A DNA stretch of 51,268 nt, taken from Bdellovibrionota bacterium. Lineage in GTDB: Bacteria; Bdellovibrionota_C; UBA2361; JBIKWN01. The stretch's first letter is position 1, and each line of letters starts with the position of its first letter. The notes under the pieces were generated by a model that worked only from the letters and a program-made list of their open reading frames with translations, made no database searches and was not told where the DNA came from. The stretch lies in the NCBI GenBank assembly GCA_044356295.1, contig JBIKWN010000012.1:1-51268 (forward strand). The letters are read 5' to 3'. This document shows, in pieces, positions 10,015 through 18,794 of this stretch. The position numbers were made by a program, and so were the translations under genes.

Positions 10015-11778
10015 ATGAAAATGAAGAATTTCTCTGCATTAGTCGTACTAATGCTGCTTTTTGTTACCCAATCTTTTGCTGAAGTTAAACTGGGACAGAT
10101 TGTTCAACAGACTTTAACAAAAAGTGGTGGTTTTACCTCTGATGATAGTACAAATCCAATCTTATCCCCTGATGCAAAACGGCTCACTTTTACTTCTAAA
10201 GAAAAAGATCTTATCGAGAATGATATAAATCTTGAGACTGCAGATATTTTTGTAAAGGATTTAACTAATTCTTCTCTTACAATACAGTCAAGAGATAATG
10301 CTGGTATTCAAGGGGATTACCTTAAACCTTCTTTAAACCAAGCAATATCATTTATTGGTCCAAATAATCAGTATGTCTTGGCGTTTCAGTCAGCGTCTGA
10401 AAATTTTCTTCCATCTGGATCTGGATCTAATCCAAACGGAGTACAGCACATTTTTGCCCGATTTAGTAATTCTAAAGGTTTTGAAACACAGCTTATATCT
10501 GTCGCAGCAAATTCAGTTCCCGGAAATGGAAATTCAAAACTTCCTTCAATTGGAATTTTTCCACAAGATAGGTTGTTAAGAATTGCTTTCCAAACTAATG
10601 CGGATAATATAGTTCCACCTGGTGTTGATCCTCAAGGTTTTTCAGAAATTCTATTAGCTGAAATTAAAGAGTCAGACGAACCCGGTACTAACCCTGCGAT
10701 TAAAAGGATCTCAGAATCAAGTAGCGGTGAAGAGCCGAACGGTGAGTGTGTCAATCCGCAAGTGAGCACCGATGCCCAGTTTGTTGTATTTGTTTCTAAT
10801 GCCACTAATTTAGTGTCTGAATCTAATAATCCCCAAAAGTACCAAGTATATTTATATAATGTAAAAACAGGTGCTTTAACACTCATCAGTAAAAGTAAGA
10901 CTGGAGTAGCTGGAAGTGACGATAGCGGAATCGATCCTTGTTTAGATTGTAGTGACTTTAAAATTGGAGCAAGAGTAAGTTTTAATGGCAGATATGTTGT
11001 CTACGTAAGTCGTGCACCTAATATTACTGGTCTTTCTGGAAGTAATTTTGCAGTTGTTCGTTATGATGCAAAGTTAGGAGTTAATGAAGTTGTTAATCAA
11101 AATGAAAGTGGCGTGTTCTCTGATGGTAGTGTTAATAGTATCGGTATTTCTGGAGACGGCAGATATGTCGTTTTCTCGGATACATCGACAAACTTTCTGA
11201 CGGATAATGGATCAGGTTTTCAAAATATCTACATCAAAGATATGGATACTGGACAACTACTCCCGGTATCAAGAGGATTCAATGTTCCTGCTGCTAATGG
11301 CAATAGTTTTGATCCTTCAATTGCACTTAATGGTTTCAATGGAACCAGTGGCTATATTGCATTTGCATCTAAAGCAAGAAACCTTACTACGTCTCCATTT
11401 GGTACTGGTACCCCGACAAATATATTCACGGTACCAATAACATTACCAAAACCTGAAATCGCAAACGGTTCACCAATTGATCTACCCCCTGAAGTAACAG
11501 TCATCAATAAAAGAATCAAAATTCAGATGCAACCCTTCACTATCCCAAACAGTCTAAGAGCCACATCAAAATCATCAGTAAAATATGATGTAACAATCAT
11601 TCCACAAAGAGCAAGAAATGGCCCAAGAAGAAAAATCACTACCAAGCGTACAAGAGTTACTTCCCGAAACCTAAAACCAGGCACCTATACAACAACGTAT
11701 AAAGCATCAGTCATTAAAAAAGGAAAAGTAAAAGCCAAGAGTGGTCAGAGTCCTAAAATACAATTTACTATAAGTTAG
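10015..11778 (+). CDS. Secreted TolB/PD40-like beta-propeller protein with basic C-terminal beta domain
   Basis: Signal peptide; repeated S.DG/A.YV.F.S.A.N blades; K/R-rich tail RNLKPGTYT...KSGQSPKIQFTIS. Confidence 0.8.
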   Translation: MKMKNFSALVVLMLLFVTQSFAEVKLGQIVQQTLTKSGGFTSDDSTNPILSPDAKRLTFTSKEKDLIENDINLETADIFVKDLTNSSLTIQSRDNAGIQGDYLKPSLNQAISFIGPNNQYVLAFQSASENFLPSGSGSNPNGVQHIFARFSNSKGFETQLISVAANSVPGNGNSKLPSIGIFPQDRLLRIAFQTNADNIVPPGVDPQGFSEILLAEIKESDEPGTNPAIKRISESSSGEEPNGECVNPQVSTDAQFVVFVSNATNLVSESNNPQKYQVYLYNVKTGALTLISKSKTGVAGSDDSGIDPCLDCSDFKIGARVSFNGRYVVYVSRAPNITGLSGSNFAVVRYDAKLGVNEVVNQNESGVFSDGSVNSIGISGDGRYVVFSDTSTNFLTDNGSGFQNIYIKDMDTGQLLPVSRGFNVPAANGNSFDPSIALNGFNGTSGYIAFASKARNLTTSPFGTGTPTNIFTVPITLPKPEIANGSPIDLPPEVTVINKRIKIQMQPFTIPNSLRATSKSSVKYDVTIIPQRARNGPRRKITTKRTRVTSRNLKPGTYTTTYKASVIKKGKVKAKSGQSPKIQFTIS

Positions 11779-11798
11779 TTTTAACTGTAATTGAAATT

Positions 11799-12368
11799 CT
11801 ATTTTTCTAGATCAACGACACTACCGAATTCATCGCGTGGTATCTTTTGAATATTACCCGCCATTGCATCTTTGATGAGGTTTCTTAAAACTTCACTTTC
11901 CTGAAGAGGCATTCCGGTTATAAAGGTACTTTCAGCACTAACTTGGATTGAAAGGTCATGGAGAGCATTCTTATCAAGTCTATCCTTTCCTTCACAGAGA
12001 CGAGTAGCATTTCCAATTGAAACAGCTAGAAGCAACGCACCAGGATAATTAGGGGCAAGGCAAATATCAACAAGTAGTTCTTTAAATGGCACGCTATCTT
12101 TTTTATAAAAAAGCGAAGGATCTTGAGCATGAGTCCCCTCTAAACAATCTAATGCTCGTAATGCAATATCGGCTGATTCAATCGACGCAAAAACTTTTGT
12201 AAGTTCAGTTATACCATTTTGGAAAAGTGTCGGGTCTGGTGAATTGAGCTTGTGGTCAAAAATCAGACCAATTCTATCTGCTATGAGTCTAGATGGATCA
12301 TTTCTGTCCTGTATCTTGGCGCAAGCCAGACTGAGCGAATGTTTAAAATGAGTACCAAATGATGACAT
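11799..12368 (-). CDS. Hypothetical protein
   Basis: 189-aa ORF filling the intergenic space; no recognised motif. Confidence 0.6.
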   Translation of the reverse strand: MSSFGTHFKHSLSLACAKIQDRNDPSRLIADRIGLIFDHKLNSPDPTLFQNGITELTKVFASIESADIALRALDCLEGTHAQDPSLFYKKDSVPFKELLVDICLAPNYPGALLLAVSIGNATRLCEGKDRLDKNALHDLSIQVSAESTFITGMPLQESEVLRNLIKDAMAGNIQKIPRDEFGSVVDLEK

Positions 12369-12563
12369 TAAAGATTGGTATACAGTTATTACCTTAGAAA
12401 GTGACTTATTATTTTTGTACTCATTACTTGCTGTAACTACTTGTAATTCTTGGTTTTATTTTAGGTGTTTTAGATTTCCTATTCCCAAGATAATAAAAAT
12501 TTTTTTTAGCCGTAAATATCATCACGAAATGCGTGTTGCTTGTATTTGGTTGGCGTGTTTTCT

Positions 12564-13481
12564 TTATCGGTATTTTTTCGAAAGCTCTTCACAGACTTCT
12601 TCGTGTGATGAATATTCCTTATTACCAAACTTAGTCTCACTTGATTCAAGTGAACATATAAAATACTCGTGTAAAAGATATTTTGCCTGCCCTTGAAAAT
12701 GAAGCGATTTAAAGAACACATATTCTCTTGTATCTTCTCGAACCCCATATGGAAGTCCTTCTTTCCAAAAGATTTGCTTTGCATTCCTTTCTAAATTTGG
12801 AACAAAGGTATCATTTTCATTAAACATATTAATATTGTTATCATACATCGCTCCATCCGTGATTGTAGCGCTTTCCCCAACGTTGTATTGGGGTTTTTGA
12901 CTCACAAAACTTTTTAGAAAATACATATCACATAACCCATACTCTGTATTTTCAGATTTCAGGATTCGATAGAACCAACCGAGTACCTCCTCAATCAAAG
13001 AATCATTTGTTCCATTATAAAAGCCCATCATATATTCACAGAAATTATCGAGCGCACTCATATTCTGCCAAAATGAATTATGCCCTGATTGGCCCAAAGA
13101 AAGAGTGAAATCACAGTTTTTAAATCTATGGAGAGAAGTCTCAACGTTTTCAAACAAAAGAACATCAGAATCAAGATGCACTAATTTTTTCAGCGACTTC
13201 TCACGTGCAAGTGCCCGCATTATTAACCATCGACTCATGCAGAATCTTTCATAGATGACATCAGTATGAGCTATATGCACGTATCGCTTTTCAAAACGAT
13301 CAAGATCTTTTGAAAAATGAGAAAGATGAATGAATTCTACCAATTCACTCCAACTATCTTCAGGCGGAACATCAGAGATAAGAAAGATAGTCGAGTCAGG
13401 ATTATAGCGTTTCGCCTGTCGAATACTAAAGTGAAGATACTTCGAAGATCCACGGTGAATAAAAATAATCGGTGCGTTCAC
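12564..13481 (-). CDS. Putative GT-A fold glycosyltransferase-like protein
   Basis: N-terminal PIIFIH, ERFCMSRW and a DxD motif HLDSDVLLF. Confidence 0.6.
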   Translation of the reverse strand: MNAPIIFIHRGSSKYLHFSIRQAKRYNPDSTIFLISDVPPEDSWSELVEFIHLSHFSKDLDRFEKRYVHIAHTDVIYERFCMSRWLIMRALAREKSLKKLVHLDSDVLLFENVETSLHRFKNCDFTLSLGQSGHNSFWQNMSALDNFCEYMMGFYNGTNDSLIEEVLGWFYRILKSENTEYGLCDMYFLKSFVSQKPQYNVGESATITDGAMYDNNINMFNENDTFVPNLERNAKQIFWKEGLPYGVREDTREYVFFKSLHFQGQAKYLLHEYFICSLESSETKFGNKEYSSHEEVCEELSKKYR

Positions 13482-13725
13482 AAGAACTTAAATAACAATT
13501 ACAATTAGGTCATGTCAATCAAGGAAATTTGCTTTAGTAAATGAATTTGATCTACTATTTATCGACTCATTTTTATTCCCTGCTTGCAGCACGGTTTAAC
13601 AATAAAAATTTCCCAGCCAGAATATAAAAAGACACATCAAAAACGTGTTACCTCTTTGTGTAACGAACGCGGTAAGAGGCTTCGTCTAAGCGTTTTTTTT
13701 TGGGGGGGGCGGGAGGCACAGATGG

Positions 13726-14490
13726 CTAGATATATTTAAACAAAACCTCGCCTCGTTCAATTCCAAGATCATTCACCTCACTCACTTTGATTCCTACTGA
13801 CTCAGGAATATGAAAAGAATTGCTTACAAAAATGCTTTTTGCAGATTTTTCTTTTTTCACTTTTTCCCCAAGTTTTTGCATGACAGCAGGGGATAAGAAT
13901 GCATAGATAATGTCAAAATTTGATAGCGAGATATTCCAAAAGCTTGCAAATTGAATCTGGACATTTTTCTTTGAGAAATTTCGAATTTTAGCAATCAAAA
14001 ATGGTAGAACCGATATCTCATAACCAAAAAACTGATGTTCGGGAAATTTTGTTGCAAGTTTTGAAAGAAGCCTTCCATTCCCGCACCCAAGATCAACAAA
14101 AGTAGAAAATGCTGAATTAGAATTGAAAAGTTCTATTAAGGAATTATCTACTGAAACTGGAGTCGGATAGTAGGGAACATGTGTCCAAACTGCAGGAAGG
14201 TGTAAAGAGAAAAGAAAAATAAACACAGTAAAAAGTATCCACGGTGGCATTTCAATAACTGCTAAAAGATAAACTCCTAAAGGGATACAGAGTGATAAAA
14301 TAGTAAATGGGAGTGGTGTACGAAATAAAAAACGACTGAGCGTCCCTGCAAAAACCGAGAGCGATACAACTAAAAAAAACTCAGAAAGTTGTAGCTGCTG
14401 AAGAAAAATACCAAGAATAAATGAAACACCAACCGACATTACAGAAAAGAGTAGGTTAAAAACAGGTAACCGGCGAGTTTGGCTCATCAT
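13726..14490 (-). CDS. Membrane-anchored class I SAM-dependent methyltransferase
   Basis: N-terminal TM helices, then VPYYPT, FVDLGCGNG, YAFLSP and FVSNSF. Confidence 0.85.
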   Translation of the reverse strand: MMSQTRRLPVFNLLFSVMSVGVSFILGIFLQQLQLSEFFLVVSLSVFAGTLSRFLFRTPLPFTILSLCIPLGVYLLAVIEMPPWILFTVFIFLFSLHLPAVWTHVPYYPTPVSVDNSLIELFNSNSAFSTFVDLGCGNGRLLSKLATKFPEHQFFGYEISVLPFLIAKIRNFSKKNVQIQFASFWNISLSNFDIIYAFLSPAVMQKLGEKVKKEKSAKSIFVSNSFHIPESVGIKVSEVNDLGIERGEVLFKYI

Positions 14491-14503
14491 AGATAGAAAG
14501 AGA

Positions 14504-15487
14504 TTAAAAAAGTGATTTCGGAAATTTCTCTCGTGGATTTTTAGCGTAGTACCCTTCGAAAGCGCGAGCTAAGTCTTTAATGCCAACAGCATCAACGGTC
14601 TCAGGGCTTGTAATCATAAAACGGATAAACAAGTCTCCTCTAGATCCATCTTTAAGAAATCCGCCCTTACCCACAAATCTTAGTTCATCTCCACTTGAAG
14701 TTCCTGCAGGGATTTTAACGTTTATAGCTTCATCGACACCTGGAATGACAAATTGTCCACCGTGAAAACTTTCAGAGATAGTAATAGGCACCTCATACAC
14801 TAATCCTTTTCTTTGTAATGACAGAAATGGATGTTGTGCTAAGCGAATAATAACGAGCCCAGCGCTGGAATCTGTCTGAGTTTGATTTAATGGGATTGTT
14901 GAACCATCACGCAGTCCAGCTGGAACCTGCAGCGATATTTTTTTAGTTGCTTTTCCATGGGGAATTTCAATAGTTTTTTTTACACCAAAGAGGGCATCTT
15001 TTATATCTATTGAGATCTCAAGAACGATGAACTCGTTTGGTATATTTTTTGGTTGTTTTGTAGAAACTAATTTTTTTGAGAAACCTTGTAAGTTAACCTT
15101 AATCTTATCGATCAATGACTGCCCGCGCTTTGCATTAACTCCCTGAGAACGAATACCTTTTGAATGGGCAGATTGATTTTGATAGGCAGTGGCAGCTTCA
15201 GGACGAGATTTTTTAGCTCTATGAGCCTGCTTCGTTGCACGCTGGAACTCTTGGTTATAGAAACTACTTCCTTCTAGTTCAGCATCATAGAGTTTGCGGG
15301 CAGACTCGTCAGATAAAACATTATATGCAGCAGATATTTTTTTGAATGTCTCCTCAGCTTGAGGTTTGTCTGGATTCAGATCTGGATGATACCGTCTTGC
15401 AAGTACCCTATAGGCACGCCGTATCTCTTCATGGCTCGAAGAAAAAGTGACTCCGAGCACTTGATAATGGTTGGCTGATTTCGTCAT
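14504..15487 (-). CDS. DnaJ-class co-chaperone (CbpA-like, no zinc finger)
   Basis: J-domain with HPD (YHPDLNP) and a DnaJ C-terminal domain (KIPAGTSSG...RGDLFI). Confidence 0.9.
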   Translation of the reverse strand: MTKSANHYQVLGVTFSSSHEEIRRAYRVLARRYHPDLNPDKPQAEETFKKISAAYNVLSDESARKLYDAELEGSSFYNQEFQRATKQAHRAKKSRPEAATAYQNQSAHSKGIRSQGVNAKRGQSLIDKIKVNLQGFSKKLVSTKQPKNIPNEFIVLEISIDIKDALFGVKKTIEIPHGKATKKISLQVPAGLRDGSTIPLNQTQTDSSAGLVIIRLAQHPFLSLQRKGLVYEVPITISESFHGGQFVIPGVDEAINVKIPAGTSSGDELRFVGKGGFLKDGSRGDLFIRFMITSPETVDAVGIKDLARAFEGYYAKNPREKFPKSLF

Positions 15488-15519
15488 AAAAAGTTACAGT
15501 GTAATCTTGGAGTAAAGCT

Positions 15520-16086
15520 ATGAATGTCGCAACGAATGATATTCTCGAAACCGCAGGTATTTTTGACGAATCCCTTGAGATTCAGATTGCAGATGCACTT
15601 GCCAAATTGCCACGTGAACTTTTGATGCATCAACCTGGGGTTATGCTTCCTGGGGTTGCAGTAAGACTTTTAAGCCTTTTGACGCCTCAAAAAGACGCGG
15701 CCTTTCTGACTATTGGCATTGAAAATGGATTTACTCAAGCTTTACTGAGCCTGCTTGGAGTACGATGTTTTTCAGTCGAAAGTGATGGCATGAAGGCGCA
15801 ACAAGTCAGAAAGCTTCTAGATAAACATCCTGGACTGTCATCATCGCTTACGAAAGTTGGTCCTATCCAGAATGGCTGGGATGAATATCAGCCTTACGAT
15901 GGGATACTTATCCTTGGTGTGCCTACTAAAATTGAAGCTTCGCTATTCGCGCAGCTTTCCATGAAGCATGGACGTTTAGCGTGTCTTGTTGGGGATGATT
16001 TCTCACAGACAGTAACGGTTTGGGAGAAGCATTTTGCAAAGATAAAAAAAGTTGAGTTTGAATTATTGCAGGGTTATGAATCTTAG
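15520..16086 (+). CDS. pcm: Degenerate protein-L-isoaspartate O-methyltransferase-like protein
   Basis: LPRELL, GWDEYQPYDGILI and LFAQLSMKHGRLACLVG resemble Pcm, and the gene precedes an NlpD-like gene. SAM motif I is degenerate (FLTIGIENGF). Confidence 0.65.
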   Translation: MNVATNDILETAGIFDESLEIQIADALAKLPRELLMHQPGVMLPGVAVRLLSLLTPQKDAAFLTIGIENGFTQALLSLLGVRCFSVESDGMKAQQVRKLLDKHPGLSSSLTKVGPIQNGWDEYQPYDGILILGVPTKIEASLFAQLSMKHGRLACLVGDDFSQTVTVWEKHFAKIKKVEFELLQGYES

Positions 16087-16606
16087 GATTCTTCTTATCT
16101 TCTTACTGATATTTTTACTCAGTGGGTGCAGTTTTTTCTCATTGTCTAGCAAAGATAAAAATTATTACTTCAATCGTTCAAAAGAACTTCTTGAAGACAA
16201 TGATGCTTCAGTGCAAATAGGAAAATTACTATGGCCAGTAGAATCTCATACTTTGAATTCAAAATACGGGCCAAGAAATGATTCTTTTCACGACGGAGTT
16301 GATATTAAGTCTCCATTTGTTGAACGAGTTCGAGCAGCCCACGACGGAGTTGTTATTCGCCAGGATAAAAAATTTCGTGGATATGGAAAGCTCTTAGTTC
16401 TGAAAGGTGATTCAATTGTTACCTTTTATGGTCACTTAGACGATTATGTTGTGTTGATGGGTGATACAGTCAAAAAAGGGCAAGTTATTGGCTTTGTCGG
16501 AAATACTGGGCACGCGACAGGCCCACATCTTCATTTTGAAACGAGAATATATGAACCCGAGAAAAACTGGTTTGCGATAGATCCCATGGTTTTTTTTCAA
16601 GAATGA
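16076..16606 (+). CDS. M23 family metallopeptidase lipoprotein (NlpD-like)
   Basis: Lipobox LSGC; HDGVD, YGHL and TGPHLHFE motifs. Confidence 0.9.
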   Translation: MNLRILLIFLLIFLLSGCSFFSLSSKDKNYYFNRSKELLEDNDASVQIGKLLWPVESHTLNSKYGPRNDSFHDGVDIKSPFVERVRAAHDGVVIRQDKKFRGYGKLLVLKGDSIVTFYGHLDDYVVLMGDTVKKGQVIGFVGNTGHATGPHLHFETRIYEPEKNWFAIDPMVFFQE

Positions 16607-16790
16607 AAAAAAGCTTGGGCAAAGTCACCTCCAAGGGTGTGAAATAATTTAGATTTCCCTCAGAGGCGCCAATCCCGTTATTTTTGAGCATTTAATTCCA
16701 AAAGTTAGCACTTTTTTCAAAAAATTAGTGTCCATTAATCTTAAATTTTTGTTAGCCTCATACCGTAAGCAGTAATGAGACCATAAATAG

Positions 16791-18458
16791 ATGTATGTAG
16801 TCCCAAGCCATGGTTTATATGACCACTCACTCTCTCGACAAGAGATCAAGAGAATAATATGTGAGGGTGGGTCTATAGATGTCCCTCTTAAAGAGAAATT
16901 AGAGAGGCATGATTGTTTTGGACAACTTGATCGTCTCAAATCTTTAACAATTTTTTCACAAAAAAAATTAACGAATCAACCCGATCCACAATACAGAACT
17001 GTAGGGCGGAAAATTATCGAAGAATGTTTTGACTCTCAGGAGTCTCTTGAAGAATTCTTTGATCAAGTTTGTGATGATTTCAAGAGTGGCGTTGCCTTAG
17101 ATGATACACATTTATTTGGAATGATTGTTCATGTACTCCTTGCTACATCATCGATTCATAGTGCAGATCAACTCGATGAGTTTATTGTTACTCGCTTTGG
17201 CGAGTCAAAGAATGATATTCCTGATTCACTCAACCATTTGATTAATGCAATGAAGCTGTTTGATTCAAGAGATGTTGGATTGACTGAAGGACGCTGTATT
17301 TTAGAATCCCTTACGTTGAAAGCGGTAAGGCTTAATGCAGTTGATGAATATGAACCCAATACATACTCAATTGATAGTTATATTGCACTTATTGAATCGT
17401 TTTTAGATCGATCACCCTCATCTGTTGATGTTATCTTCGATCAGATAACTACAATTTTAGAAATTCTGCCCTGTCGTGTTACCGATCTGCATAAATCCGA
17501 GATACCAGACCTCATTACATCGTTACTTGTAGGTATTGCAAAAACCTCTCACATAATGAGAGAGGATGTCTATAATTATCTTGATGCTCTGATTGCTGGT
17601 GAAGTGCAGTTTGAAGCTGAATTAGCAGGGTATGTATATGCCAAAATAGAGCGAGCAGTTCCAGGGCAGCAAACCTATATCTTCGATCGCCTTGAGGAGG
17701 GTTTTATAGGTGCCACAGATCATGATAAGGAATTCTGGACAATAGCTCTCGCAGAATTCTCATCGTATGAATTTTCTGCAGCCAGACGAAGTTTTGAGCT
17801 TATTAATAATTTCCTAGAAAAGTCATCAGTTTCTGCCCACGATGAGCCGGTGGGCTATGCTTCTGAAGCACTTGCAAAGATAATTAATTTTTTAGGAAGT
17901 GAAGAATTAATTAGAAACTCAGGTATTGGGGGGATTGCAGAACGCGTGGCGCTTCATACTGAGCCTAATTTTCAAACCACAAATCGACAGCTCATTACCT
18001 ATGTTTCAAAAGTAATTGCTGCACTCGACCGGGATAACTACAAAAGCGTATTAGATGAAGTCGAAAAGTTTCTTCTTTCAATACAAGCCTCACCACTTTC
18101 TGAGGAGGCAAAAGAAGTACTGTTTGAGAGTCTTGATCGAGCAGCCGAATATTGTCCTGCCCTCGTGCATCGAGAGGTAGTTGAAAGAGTTCAGCAAGCA
18201 ACTGGTAATGATTTTATTGAACCTGTTTTAGCAGAGCTTTATGGCTCTCTCCTGCAGGGAAGTTTATCTTCTTGTATTCCACCAGATAGCGATCAATTGA
18301 TGATTGATTACTTGGAGCAATACGAGGGCTTAGATGATCTTTTGAAAAGCTACAAAGGGGCTGGTGCGCTTCACGAAGTAATCATTTCACAGATAGAATT
18401 CTTGAAATCACAATTAATAGATGGGCTTGAAGTGACCTTGAAAAGTTTCGATTTTTAA
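16791..18458 (+). CDS. Hypothetical acidic alpha-helical protein
   Basis: 555-aa ORF; no recognised motif. Confidence 0.7.
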   Translation: MYVVPSHGLYDHSLSRQEIKRIICEGGSIDVPLKEKLERHDCFGQLDRLKSLTIFSQKKLTNQPDPQYRTVGRKIIEECFDSQESLEEFFDQVCDDFKSGVALDDTHLFGMIVHVLLATSSIHSADQLDEFIVTRFGESKNDIPDSLNHLINAMKLFDSRDVGLTEGRCILESLTLKAVRLNAVDEYEPNTYSIDSYIALIESFLDRSPSSVDVIFDQITTILEILPCRVTDLHKSEIPDLITSLLVGIAKTSHIMREDVYNYLDALIAGEVQFEAELAGYVYAKIERAVPGQQTYIFDRLEEGFIGATDHDKEFWTIALAEFSSYEFSAARRSFELINNFLEKSSVSAHDEPVGYASEALAKIINFLGSEELIRNSGIGGIAERVALHTEPNFQTTNRQLITYVSKVIAALDRDNYKSVLDEVEKFLLSIQASPLSEEAKEVLFESLDRAAEYCPALVHREVVERVQQATGNDFIEPVLAELYGSLLQGSLSSCIPPDSDQLMIDYLEQYEGLDDLLKSYKGAGALHEVIISQIEFLKSQLIDGLEVTLKSFDF

Positions 18459-18537
18459 TTCCATCTTCAAAAAAATGACCCACGAGATAGTATAGCAAAT
18501 CAAAATGCAAGCATGGTACATTATGCCAATCGCATCT

Positions 18538-18611
18538 GCCCACATAGCTCAGTTGGATAGAGCACAAGTTTCCTAAACTTGGGGTCGTAGGTTCAATTCC
18601 TGCTGTGGGCG
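18538..18611 (+). tRNA. tRNA-Arg(CCT)
   Basis: GCCCACA/TGTGGGC acceptor stem, D-arm AGCTCAGTTGGATAGAGC, anticodon arm CAAGT-TTCCTAA-ACTTG, T-loop GGTTCAATTCC; CCA not encoded. Confidence 0.97.
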
Positions 18612-18648
18612 ATTTGCTTTTGCGAAAGCAAAAGTGAAGCGAACTAAG

Positions 18649-18662
18649 GCAGGAATTGAACC
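18649..18662 (-). repeat. Inverted copy of the tRNA T-arm
   Basis: GCAGGAATTGAACC is the exact reverse complement of 18590-18603 (GGTTCAATTCCTGC). Confidence 0.85.
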
Positions 18663-18690
18663 AAAAGAACAAGGCAATTGCTGTACTCAC

Positions 18691-18743
18691 ATATCGGTGA
18701 CGCTACCCGTTATCCTCACAAAAACGGGTAGCGTCACCGATAT
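18691..18743. repeat. Perfect 21-bp hairpin (REP-like; may also act as a terminator)
   Basis: ATATCGGTGACGCTACCCGTT - 11-nt loop - AACGGGTAGCGTCACCGATAT, between the convergent tRNA and the 1618-aa gene. Confidence 0.85.
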
Positions 18744-18794
18744 TTTCATTTTGAAATGCTGAAGGAAGATTTTATTGATTGGACTCCTGCGCCA

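Noticed and set aside
13693..13709. T9-G8 homopolymer tract as a phase-variation switch
   Set aside because: Intergenic, just downstream of a stop codon and ~210 nt from the next start; no promoter context evident.
18382..18690. 102-aa minus-strand ORF
   Set aside because: Antisense translation of the tRNA gene.
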